This document shows, one piece after another, positions 21,201 to 31,810 of a stretch of 64,000 nucleotides of DNA; position 1 is the stretch's first letter, and every line of letters starts with the position of its first letter. A program made the position numbers and the translations under genes. The notes beneath the pieces were generated by a model. It saw only the letters and a program-made list of their open reading frames with translations, was not told where the DNA came from and did no database searches. This DNA is from Magallana gigas (lineage: Eukaryota): positions 20,708,001-20,772,000 of the forward strand of contig NC_088860.1 in the NCBI RefSeq assembly GCF_963853765.1, read 5' to 3'.

Positions 21201-23090
21201 TATGTGATCAAATACAATAAGGTATAACACAATACATTGTCATATCATACGTTACAATATCATATCTCATTATTGTTTATTATGGTATTTTATTGTATTA
21301 TATGATATATATTATATATATGACATGATGCAATATTTAATTTTATATCATTGAATTGATAAACATATGAACATATGATTATCATAAAAAAAATTATCAG
21401 ATGATATACAATATTTTGTCAAAACAGAATCCATGAATAACCAAGATCATAAAGTATGATTTTCATATAAAATGATAAAGGTGGTCTTATGAAGGTGATG
21501 TCTCATAAGGGTGATGCTCCGTCTCGGTGAGCTTAGTAATCTATGATTACCTATGTTTTTTCTTAAAGGAAGCTGCGCATTGACTGACATTGACAAGGAC
21601 GTGAGTAACGCTGAGTGGTGGAGCAATGATACACACCTAGTATACACCTGTCATGCGGGGTACTCCGTGCAAGGCGGGAACTTATTGCGCAACTGTACAC
21701 CAAACGGAGAGTGGAGCGGCCAACCGCCAAGCTGTACAGGTAGTTTTAACACCCCTGCGAATGTTATTGTCATTTAAATTTTAGACCACGTGGTTTTATT
21801 TGACCCTTTCAGTTTCGCAGTAAAAATCGTGCCTCGTGTTTATAGTCTATTTTAGAGAATCTAGGTACTTGTATTCGAATGTAAATTCTAGAGGTTTATT
21901 GATTTTAGACCTTATTTTTATTAATTGGTGGATAAAATGTGTTCTAGAAATAAATGTGACAATACAAGAAATAGTATTTTTTCTGCTGTTGCGACAATTA
22001 TCATGCGTAGTAGAGATCCTCCCTAAGAATTAATTTTCGATCCGCTCCTGACCTAGTAATAACATCAATAATGAAACAGACTGTACTATTTTATGCAGAA
22101 TGTTCATTGAAAATGGCACGATACACTAAGTTTTTATCCAAAACATTCACCCATTATTTTTTTTAAAAACATGGTATTTCACACAACAAGCATCAAACAT
22201 GGCTATGATTTTATTAAGCAACCCAATGTTTATATTATCAACCACTCTACACGTGGTTGTACACGAACGATAACTCTGTTCTGAATATCATCGTTTAATT
22301 AAAAAACTGCTAGATAGTGAAATAAGACATACATCTTAAAATATGTTGATGTTTTAACATAAATCAAAGTAGAATATGATATGAAAATCAACCAGTACTT
22401 ACGTATTTTGAGAATATTATCCGAACATTTATACTCCCGCTCGAAATTTCACAGGAACTGGACAAATCTCGGTGAAGTCTCGCGAACTTTCATTCGAGCA
22501 CCTTTGGATTTATTACATACTTAGCAACGATAAAGAAAACATTCCGAACACATTCGCAGGGGTGTTTAAGTCATCAATTTAAAATAGCCTGAAGATTTTT
22601 CAATACCAATGAGTTGTATGGGTTTTTTCATATCATATGAAAAATATGGATATACGAGTATATTGGACCTTATTGAATATGGTTTAAATAGTTAAATAGT
22701 ATTTCAGTATATTCAGAGTGATAAAAAAAATTGCCATCGTTATCAAAATATCGTGTAAAGTACTTTTTTTTCCCTGAAAATAAAATATTGTGTATTCATG
22801 TAGAGATCACGTGTCAATGTCTTTGCGACATACCGTCGGTCGATCCGTCCACACTGAATGGTTCAGCGGCCCTAATCCAGAAGATTGAGGAGATTAAGTC
22901 CACGCTGACTGTGGATCGCCGGACCACCTCCAAGTTCAACCGGAGCAGGGAGAGCGCCCCGGACCCACGCCTGTCCGCCCGGGGGATCGGGTTTGGGGTG
23001 GGGGTCACTATTTTGACCATTATTGTCTGTTTGATTTGCATACCAGATATTCCAAAGTTAGTTCAGGATATCAGGTTTGGGTGTTCATGA
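14185..23090 (+). CDS. Type-I membrane multi-lectin-like protein: signal peptide, fucolectin/galactose-binding-like, EGF-like, SUEL-like, Sushi/CCP, CxCxC stalk, TM (~455 aa)
   Basis: Exons 14185-14245 (MDTRGRVTLVFLCSFGIGAF; in-frame upstream ATG at 14176), 15391-15573, 16326-16562 (ELSGFSLFLG...PSGYSPHAKVDICNLEVLG), 16954-17067 (CRQGFYGRGCSYRCPSVCEDMCNPDNGKC), 17789-18103 (CPNPG...CPGSEVALKLHYRC), 21569-21739 (YTCHAGYSVQGGNLLRNCTPNGEWSGQPPSC), 22804-23090 (CQCLC...SAPDPRLSARGIG + TM). All introns are phase 1 and GT-AG; total 1368 nt, open to TGA. Confidence 0.85.
14417..14937. mobile_element. Kolobok-like non-autonomous element, diverged copy
   Basis: Shares internal blocks with 4187-4644 (TTAAAAGTCAAG, GAGCTTTGTTTACAAAACAAAGAATT, TGTAWCTTGCTTATAACT) and ends AAGTCCCTTTAA. 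Lies in intron 1 of gene 2. Confidence 0.7.
15656..15740. repeat. (GA)n microsatellite
   Basis: Perfect AG dinucleotide run of ~85 bp. Confidence 0.95.
17282..17735. mobile_element. ~450-bp MITE, copy 1 (copy 2 at 30529-31011)
   Basis: TATACTCTGTCCCGAGTT at the left and AACTCGGGACAGACTTTA at the right (imperfect TIR). Interior closely matches 30529-31011, e.g. CTCAAACTACGTTCATCCACTAATAT. Confidence 0.8.
18172..18258. repeat. (GA)n microsatellite
   Basis: AG dinucleotide run; source of the spurious (SL)n ORF 18080-18271. Confidence 0.95.
19020..20340 (+). repeat. Satellite-like tandem array, ~177-bp unit, ~7 copies
   Basis: GGA(G/A)GAGGTTAAGGTTTT recurs at 19164, 19341, 19518, 19695 and 19869 (spacings 177, 177, 177, 174), with more degenerate copies near 20050 and 20222. 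Confidence 0.9.
20420..21420. repeat. ~1-kb degenerate AT-rich pentamer array (ATATT/ATGAT/ATTGT)
   Basis: Continuous low-complexity tract built of motifs such as TATGA, TATTG and TACAA. Confidence 0.85.
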
Positions 23091-23156
23091 TGCACTAGTA
23101 AAGTTGAATTAGCAAGAGATGAACTTCTTGAACGAAAAGTCATCATCCATGCATTA

Positions 23157-23158
<2 letters not shown>

Positions 23159-23239
<81 letters not shown>
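23159..23239. repeat. (TA)n microsatellite
   Basis: Perfect AT run of ~80 bp in the 3' region of gene 2. Confidence 0.95.
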
Positions 23240-23243
<4 letters not shown>

Positions 23244-24036
23244 AGAAGGATCAGTATTGTTGAATAATTATTGTTTGAGATGTATGGTTTTTTTGTTGAC
23301 TCGTACATATGTATTTTTATTTAAACAAAACCATCGTGTATTTCAGGTATTTTTAATAACAAAAAAATCATTATTAGATTATTCAAAATGTCAGCGAACT
23401 TGATGATAAATTCTTATTGAAGTAATAGAGACCACCGTTTTGAACAATACAATCAATATTTGCGTAGCCTAATTGCTTTTGCCTTCAAATTAATAAAGAC
23501 TGCATGATTGCAAACAAAAACACCCCTCTAAACCCCCCCCCCCAAAAAAAAAAAAAAAACCCATCCCCCCCAAAAAAAAACGTGGCCAAGTTGACTGTAT
23601 TAAAAAGTTTAGAAAATACGGTATAATAACTTAGTATAAAATTGAATAGAAATATTCAGTGCTCATTGATTTTAAGTATTGTCCCGATCATCTTTTATTC
23701 ATATTGCATGTACATGTAGTTATTACTAACATTAGGGAATATTATGATTACATTTGATTGACGCTCATATCAATAACATTGGTCAATCAGACATTATAAA
23801 ACAAAGATTATTTCAAATTACATATTCGATGTACATAAAATTATAACATTTTGTAATAAAATGAATCATAGAAAACACAGAAATCGTAACTTTGATGTCT
23901 CTGCACCTATACTGAATACCCACAGTCGAGTTTACAAGTATCAAGTAAAATCATTTTAAAATTTACAATAAGATTTATAAAACGTATTTACATGTTATGT
24001 TGATTGTATATGTACAGAAATGAAATTTTTCTTCTA

Positions 24037-26625
24037 TCATAATTGTGTGTCATTATCATTATATGGATTTTCCACGTTATTGTTTTTGCTCTCGTTGAGT
24101 AAAATATCTTCGTTTGAGTTAAAAGCACACTTTATGTCCTCCAAATTGCTCGTTCCAGTGTTCTGCTTGCTCTGCTCAGAACTATCACGCGTCAAACGAT
24201 GTCCGCATCGATCACAGAATGTATTTCCCGCCACATAGGTCGAATTATTGCAGTCACTCTCGTGTTCCTTTATATAATTATGTTTTTGTCTTTTCTTTTT
24301 CTTTCTCCTTGCGAAGTGTTGGCAATGTAGATGGAGCGTCCCTATGTCCAATAAGACAACCCCTCCGACCATTGACACGATTATCACAACAGCTACGACG
24401 CCGACGCTCGTGGCCGAGGGACGCGTGTCGATGACGCTTTGTTTTGACGCAAGGCGTTTCTTTTCGCGGATCTTTGTTCCCAATTCCACCAGTTCTCGCT
24501 GAATGACTTCGAACGTTGTTTCAGTGGTTGTTTGCGATTGTGTACTAGGGTCTGTTAGTTCTTCTAAGACGCATCCAAGGAATAAAAAATAAACATATCA
24601 TTTAATTTGTACCCCAATGGCTGTTTATTTACCTGCATGTTTAATAATTGAGATTACTATGAAATACATAATTTGGTGCCTGTCATTTATCAAATTCTCA
24701 ATATTAACCTTTATATACACCTTTAATTTTTTGCTGACAAATCAATTGATTAATGGGACATTAAATAAATTTTAACTTTTTCACTTGTAATTTCAGGAAA
24801 TTAGAATACGCGTACAATCATATCATACCTGTTGTCACTATTGTTGTTGGTAGTGCTTTCGTTGTTGTTGACAGAAGGAAGTCATCAATACCTTTCAAAA
24901 TTTGCAAAATATAACATGAACTAAACTGATAATTTATTTGATAAAACATTAAACTCAAAAAAATTATGAAATGTGTTTTCACAGTATTTACCAAAATAGC
25001 ATTTTCTGTGATAATAATCCCAGCCTCTTACGTCTTGTAGAAAATATTGACTTTCCGTCCACCTATTGACGTCACTGATTTGACAAACCTGATTTTCTGC
25101 ATTATATTCAAATGAGCGACACGTGACTTGAGTTGACGAATTGCAAACGTGGTAACATTCTGAAAGGGTGGTGTTAGCCAAAACGAGTTTGTTATGAGAT
25201 ACAATCACCGATGCAACTTCCTTCTGGTATCTGCAAATATCTGGGAGTGAAAAGAGAATGGTGTTATAAAAAAGGACCTAAAAGATACCTATTTTGATTA
25301 GAATCACAAAAAACTTGTATAACGTCATTGGAATTTACCTTCTCTAAACTGACAGATAAAAGGCTTAGCTTCGTAGCAGAATCCTTCATACCACCAGTAG
25401 GGAGATTTCAAAGCTACCGACGCACATTTATGTGATGTGTCATATTCTTTTGGTTCATATTTCCAATGGCTTACATTGGGTTGATCTCCATTTATCCAAC
25501 TCCAATCCTTATTCTCTTCCCGCGAAAGTCCAATCCACAAAGTCTCTAAACTATAGATATCCATTCATTTGCTTTACTACATCATGAAAAGATTTCAAAT
25601 TCGATTGTAAAAATATGAAATACATGTACATGTATGTACATTATACATGTATATTCATTTGGCTTGATGAGCAACATACTTGTCGGATGACGTAAGGTTT
25701 GCCTCTGGAATAATGGATTTGTCGTTCAAAACAATCAGACTTCCTCCTTTTGATTGACAAAACTCTTTGGCTCTTGGCCATGACAATAGATTGTCGTACT
25801 TCAAGATTCTCAGTGGTTGTGGTGCCTCTGACTTTACTGGATCAAATAAATCGACATACTTGTTATGCTTTGAAATTTGAGAACATGAAAGATCATTAAT
25901 ATTTGATTGATTGACAATATCAGGAACAAGTCTCTACTTTCGGACTTTCTTAGAAGTACCTTTGCTTTTTGTGGTATTGGTTTCAATAGAAACAGGTGAC
26001 GTCATTGATGACGTAATAGGTCGGGAAGGTGTAGTCGTTGTGTACTCTTGCTGAAGCAAAGCTGAAATTAAAATAGTTTTTTTTGCAGATATATAGAATA
26101 TCATAAACATTTATTTTACACAAAAATAATATAAATACCTGAAATACCTTAAATATCATTATTGGATTTCCTTTTGGAATATTATATATATTATTATAGT
26201 ATTTGTAAACCATGACAATAGTATGGTAGTGCTATATACGTTTCGTTCAAATAGAAAGATGTTATATTAACAACTGGGTTATTTAAACGTTCAGAGAGAA
26301 AAATATAGTATTTGTGGTAACAGACAGACCCTATTATAATCCTGCATACATGTAATTACATGAGATCAAGTCTTACCAGTAACGCAGGATTTATGGTAGT
26401 AATCCCAACTTGGGACGTTGAAGGCGAACTGGTTAGTTTCCCGCCACCTGTTGGTGTCTGACAGCTGACAGTACTGACTGCCAGGGTTATACTCGAAGCT
26501 ACGACACGTGATCTCGGTGACAGTCTCGCACAGGTCGTGACAGCGTTGCCACATGATCGCGGTTATCGTGAGAACGTCGTTACTTTGGATCATGTTTTGT
26601 TCGTATATCCTATACCGACACTGTC
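24037..26625 (-). CDS. PAN/apple, C-type lectin, PAN/apple, stalk, TM and cytoplasmic-tail membrane protein (5'-partial)
   Basis: Minus-strand exons 26625-26377 (PAN: CHDLCETVTEITCRSFEYNPGSQYCQLS...WDYYH), 25836-25680 and 25550-25339 (CTL: LSWPRAKEFCQSKGGSL...WIGLS...WSWING...CA...WYEGFCYEAKPFICQ), 25240-24992 (PAN), 24563-24037 (SVIDTRPSATSVG + TM + RRKKKKR + tail). Phases 1/1/2/1/1 are consistent. The signal-peptide exon is not firmly located. Confidence 0.85.
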
Positions 26626-27103
26626 CTGCAAATAAGAAGATTATTTTAGAAGAAACGAAATAAGAAGAATAACATTGTAATTTTCATCATTAGAACGAAG
26701 TTACGTATGCAGAAGCAAGTATTAAAATAAATCTATTATTTAATGAGCATTCATTTATTACTGCGCATGCTTTACACTTACATCTGGTCGTGATGTTTTA
26801 ATAAATTATTCCCTATACATTTTCGTTTGATGACGGATGCCAAAGGAAGAAACGATAATCAACTGAGGAATGAATGTTTCACTTAAGGCTTATAATAACA
26901 AGAGTATGACCACCGTGTTATGATGAGCTGAGCATTCTCCATTTTACCCAATTATCATAAGTTAATATCATTCAACAAAGGTCGGAAAAGCAATTTTATG
27001 ACTGCCACTCACGATTTATTTCTAAGCCGTCTTTGTGATATATTTTTAATGTCACTTGATTCACTAATGTGACATATTTTCTATCTTTGGTTGTCATTTT
27101 TCG

Positions 27104-27284
27104 CTGTATACAGTGAAGTATCCGCGCCTGTTTTATTTTCACCCCTTTCGCCCTTGTTACCAGCGTGCGATTTAAGACTGGTCGAATCCCAATGCCTAAA
27201 ATGATCTCTCTTTAAACACAACTGTGTCTGGGCGAATTCAAGACGGGGCAAATTACTCGGGGCAAACATAAGTCTGTATACTAT
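27104..27284. mobile_element. MITE of the CTGTATAC-terminus family (copies at 41734-41944 and 55003-55213)
   Basis: Shared internal blocks TTTAAGACTGG.CGAAT, TTTAAACACAACTGTG.CTGGGCGAA and AAGACGGGGC.AAA; ends in TCTGTATAC. Confidence 0.7.
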
Positions 27285-27735
27285 ATTATATCGTTACGGT
27301 ATCGCGTCTAAAGCAATAAGATTCTTTTATTAACTTTCGTCATATATGGATGTCCTATAATAGTAGTAGATTTCCTCTGTATTGGAGATTACAGGTTTGG
27401 TTCTTCTTTCAATTAGTTTAAATGGATATACATCCTATCATATTAGATAGAAGAATAAAATCAAAGTACTGAAGTACTGACGGGAGTTGATTTTATCGAT
27501 TATCATTTATTTTAAAATCAATTTATCTTGCATGGCAATTAGTTTCTAGTTTTTATTTGAATTACGCACTTTTCTATAATATGAATCTTTATACTTTTCC
27601 GACGAGAATATCGAGAAACCCCATATGAATCATGTTGTGCAATATTTAAAGATAGATTTCAACTACTAATATGTATTAGTTATCGAAACAATTCTTAAAA
27701 TTGTATGTATCCAAGCACTGTTGATATCGAACTCC

Positions 27736-27850
27736 AGTCTCGTTTAACTAGACGCTCGGCTGTCTCCGTTAATATCCGACAAGCAATAGAGCCCCCTCTC
27801 TGCTTGTCGCAGATTTACGGAGACAGCCGAGAGTCTGATTGAACGAGACT
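27736..27850. repeat. Fold-back element with ~50-bp imperfect inverted arms
   Basis: AGTCTCGTTTAACTAGACGCTCGGCTGTCTCCGTTAATATCCGACAAGCA pairs with TGCTTGTCGCAGATTTACGGAGACAGCCGAGAGTCTGATTGAACGAGACT around a ~15-nt loop. Confidence 0.8.
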
Positions 27851-28149
27851 ATAACTCTGGCGTATGAATACATGAGACTACAGAAATATCTAAACTGTTC
27901 GTATAAAATTTTACTATTTTTAAAGTGTTTATAGATAAGTTTCCTTGAAAAACAATGCTTCAGCATACATTACATCGAATTTTTTTCTATTATTTTCAAG
28001 AACTTAGTCTTGTCAGCGGTGATGATTTGTGCTTAGGTCCAAACACTATTTCACTTTCGGTTTGCCAGAGTAACTGCATAGGAGAGTTGATTAAAATCAA
28101 CTTCCAATCAAAGTACTGAAAGTACTGATAGGCGGAAGCATGATTGCAA

Positions 28150-31100
28150 GTTGTCAATGTCAGAGTGTTATTATAACTATTTTCTTTTTAAGAATTAGTT
28201 TGATATATATATAACATAAAACACTATACTAATATGTCAATTAAGGTATATACATGTAGTAAATGTGGAAATACTCTGTTGATCATGCCTTAAATAAAGA
28301 AATAATGAAAAGAGCAATTTAAACATCAAAACATTTTTTTTGTGAAGTACATTCGTATAACAGTTGATACTTATATGCAAGCTGAAATTACAGGAAAACA
28401 TTTTCATTTATTATGCCGATTTATTAAAAATGTTCATTTTGACATCAAAATGATGAAAGAATATTATAGTATTAGAATTTAGTAAACTTTTTATTCTTTA
28501 CATTAATGTTTCACAAAAATGCAGAAGTTACATTTATACATCACTTGATTACAATATTTTACAGAATCAAGTAGTATGTGTGTCACTTTGCTTACCTGAG
28601 AAGCAATAGCCATTGAGAAATCAGCTTCATAGAATAATACACAAAATATATGGACAATGTGTTGTAAAAAAGGTATTCAATAAAGAGATTTTGATGTTTT
28701 CTTAATAGATTCTCAAGTTTAACAGTAACAGGATGATTTCAAAGTCATTTTATGTGTGGAGAATTGAAGACCTCTAATTGATCCTCAGATTGCAGTTCAT
28801 ATATTTTGTTGACAAATGTTTAAAACTTAGAAAGAATGTATTTACTTACTGTACTGTATACCAAACATATTTTACAAAGATCAAACATATATGCAAATGT
28901 TGAGAATTACAATACAATGTAAAAGCCCAGTAATTTATGGATAACTATATATTGATAGTCAATAATGTACAAATTATGTGTCCTTTACAATTGCTCCATG
29001 TTGTACTGTCAAATCACAGGTGTCTAGTATTGAAGACATTTGAACTTTTAACATTTAAGTTTTTATTTTAATACTAATGGAATCTTCAAGAGAACTTCCA
29101 CCATTACAGAACATAGACTTTCAAAGAATCCCTTTATAGCTGCATGCCGTAATGGTGTTTTTGGAAAGCTTGTAATCCTGGAGTGTGCCATTTGTGGTAA
29201 CAACAATTTCAATTCACTAGTGTTGTCTTGCATCCATTATACCAATGACAACTGTCTTTTTCAGCAGGATATTCTAAAATGTGTTGATGAAAAATGAATA
29301 ATGGATATGTTATCAAACAATATTTCATTACAATATACTTGACCTCCAATATAGAAAACATGGATTTTAAAAAAAATTAATCTATAAAATATTTTGAATT
29401 TAAATTATTTATTTTCATAAGTATACATGTATTATGCAAATAAAGGATGAAATATATAAGAAGATCACACGATATGAATTATCAATAATTGTAAGGTTAT
29501 TTTGGTATATAACATACAAGTAATGGAAAATATAGTGAATGAACTGTAAATGAAAGTTTAATTTTTTTCTCCAAAATTCTTCAGTTTTTAAATGCATTTA
29601 GTACAAGAATATTTACTATATTATTAGAGATATGACAACAAGATATCTGTGAGTCAATGCTCACTAGTGATACCCCTGCTCTGATGTGTATACAAAAAAG
29701 CATAGTTAACATTACATGTAATTGGAAGTTGACATCAAATATTTTGAAAAATCAATCATATCGAATGGCATGCCTTAACAAAGAGTGAGTTTAAATTTCA
29801 AGCATCTGCGATTGTTGCTGAGATAATGTTGACAAAATTTGTGTTATAGACAAACAGACACACAAGGGTAAAACAATATACCCCCTCTCCTTCCGAGCAT
29901 GGGCATAATTAGTTCATACTAATTTAAAAAAAAATGTATTTACTAACCTTGAAAATGGCGTTAAGGCCATTAAGATGAGGATTCTAGCATATTTCAGATG
30001 CCCTGCTTCCATTTAGAAGTTGCAAATGTACAATGTTTGTCCCTTTTTAAAAGTGCTGAACTGGGAAGCCAACACCACATTTTTATAGCATCCGTCTTTT
30101 TCTTTGTTTTGCTTGAATTTAGCTGTGCACCCAAATTTAGCAACTCTCCCCTTCACCAGAGATGAAGAATGATGTTGGGATATCATTGTCTCCTCTTGTC
30201 AGTTAATGTTAATCAGTTTCTTGACATTCATCTGAAAGAACATATACATACTAAGTATGAAACAAATAGATATATGTAAGGTTATTATCTATAATCATTG
30301 TCAGGTATATAATTGAGTCTTTTTGGAATTGCAATTAATCATGAACATGGTAGATCAAAGATATACTGGTATATAGTCCAAGTTCTCATGAATTGAAAAT
30401 TTAAACTATCATATAAATAATGATGTAGAGAAATTTCCATCGGAAATTTTAGTCACTTTCATTATAGAGTAATGATAACGTAATTCTGAGATACAAGTAA
30501 ATACAATAGGTAAAAGGATAAATCATATTATACTCTGTCCCGAGTTTTTGCTTCCACCACTTTTTGCTTGATATTTCAATAATAGTAAATACCTTTGTGC
30601 TCAAACTACGTTCATCCACTAATATAAAAAATGTCCAGATTATCTGTTTTGAAACGCCCCCCTCTACCGTCTCAGGTTTCAATACACATCCCGAAATTGA
30701 AAGTCTACGGAGATTTTGCATTGCAACAGTCATTAATAAGCCCGGATGATAACGTTAAAAAATTGCGCGATGTATTCCGAGTGTATTCCGAATAGAGAGA
30801 AGATGTAAATATTCCCCATTATAAATCTCTGTGAGGAATCTGTTTTCGTTTTCCTGTGAATTTTTCTGAGTGGAAAGAGATAATTGTTCAATGAAGATAT
30901 CTTGGATATATTCCCTTTTAACGATTTCAACTGTATTTCTTTCACAGGTATGTGTAATTTTATTAAAAATCATCAAAAAGCGATGGAAGCAATAACTTGT
31001 GACAGACTATAATTTTTTTTAAATGTTCAATTAAATATAGAAGTCTCTTTGCAATAGCCTATCTGGAATATTTATTATACCAACCAATGAATTGTATCTT

Positions 31101-31810
31101 GTATAATACTTAAAAGCTATATTTGAGATATTTTTAGAGAAAATTAATTTGCAATATTCATGAGTCATTTTTAAACCAAGCTGATTATTGTAATTTTTTG
31201 TGAGCAAAATGAATGAACCCTATATCATACAGTGCAGTTCGTTACATATTATAAAATCACCATATGAACATATAGATCTGCATAGATGTCACAAAATATT
31301 AAAGGTTTAAAAAAGGAAATGTTATCTTCTTTTATATGCGATTCCATTGTGCTAAACTTTAATCTTTAAAGATATCCTGTAGGCCTCGCTTTGTACAGTA
31401 TTCATAACAAAAGACCGACATTTTAGAATAATCGATGAATGCCTAACACAAACAATATAAATTCTTTCATAAAATTTATGTACTTATCTGAGATTTCTGA
31501 TTCTAACCCCCGCTTGTATATTAATTGTGACATGTCTCCTCCGCACGTCACAATATACAAGCGGGGATTAGAGTCATAGGAATTTCGGATTAAGAATGTA
31601 CCAGCTCCTCGATCAAGATAATTGTAACATGAAAATCTAAAATGATGAGGCAAACGTTTATACAATGAGAAATAACAGATTAATAACCTAACTTACCTTA
31701 CGTATGTCGAAGATGGACAGTCACCAGTTTTTCTCAACGTGGATTTGTTGACAAAAATTTTACACTGCATAACGTTATGCAGTATTGTCTGAGATTACTA
31801 CGCGAAACGT
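28150..31810 (-). ncRNA. Candidate spliced long non-coding (or micropeptide) transcript
   Basis: Minus-strand splice sites: donor AAG|GTAAGT at 31698; exon 30231-29948 bounded by TTCTTTCAG| and AAG|GTTAGT; acceptor ATTTTAG| at 29273; AATAAA near 29062-29067. All three frames of the 284-nt exon contain stops (longest ORF ~57 aa). The block is CpG-depleted like a transcribed gene body. Outer limits are approximate. Confidence 0.4.
30529..31011. mobile_element. ~480-bp MITE, copy 2 (copy 1 at 17282-17735)
   Basis: TATACTCTGTCCCGAGTT ... AACTTGTGACAGACTATA; interior collinear with 17282-17735. Confidence 0.8.

Larger units (their letters stand above)
18935..21535 (+). mobile_element. Helentron/HINE-type non-autonomous element carrying tandem arrays
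   Basis: The 5' box AGCTCACCGAGACGAAGTCAAGGAGAGCT (hairpin) is followed by a (GGCGTC)n microsatellite (~18978-19016), a 177-bp array and an AT-rich array. The right end CGTCTCGGTGAGCT (~21520-21533) is the inverted copy of the 5' box, preceded by the hairpin CTTATGA...TCATAAG. This layout matches oyster HINE/pearl-like elements. Confidence 0.75.

Noticed and set aside
29274-31697. Box C/D snoRNAs in the introns of the candidate lncRNA
   Set aside because: No minus-strand RTGATGA...CTGA pair at suitable spacing was found by eye. H/ACA types were not assessable without tools.
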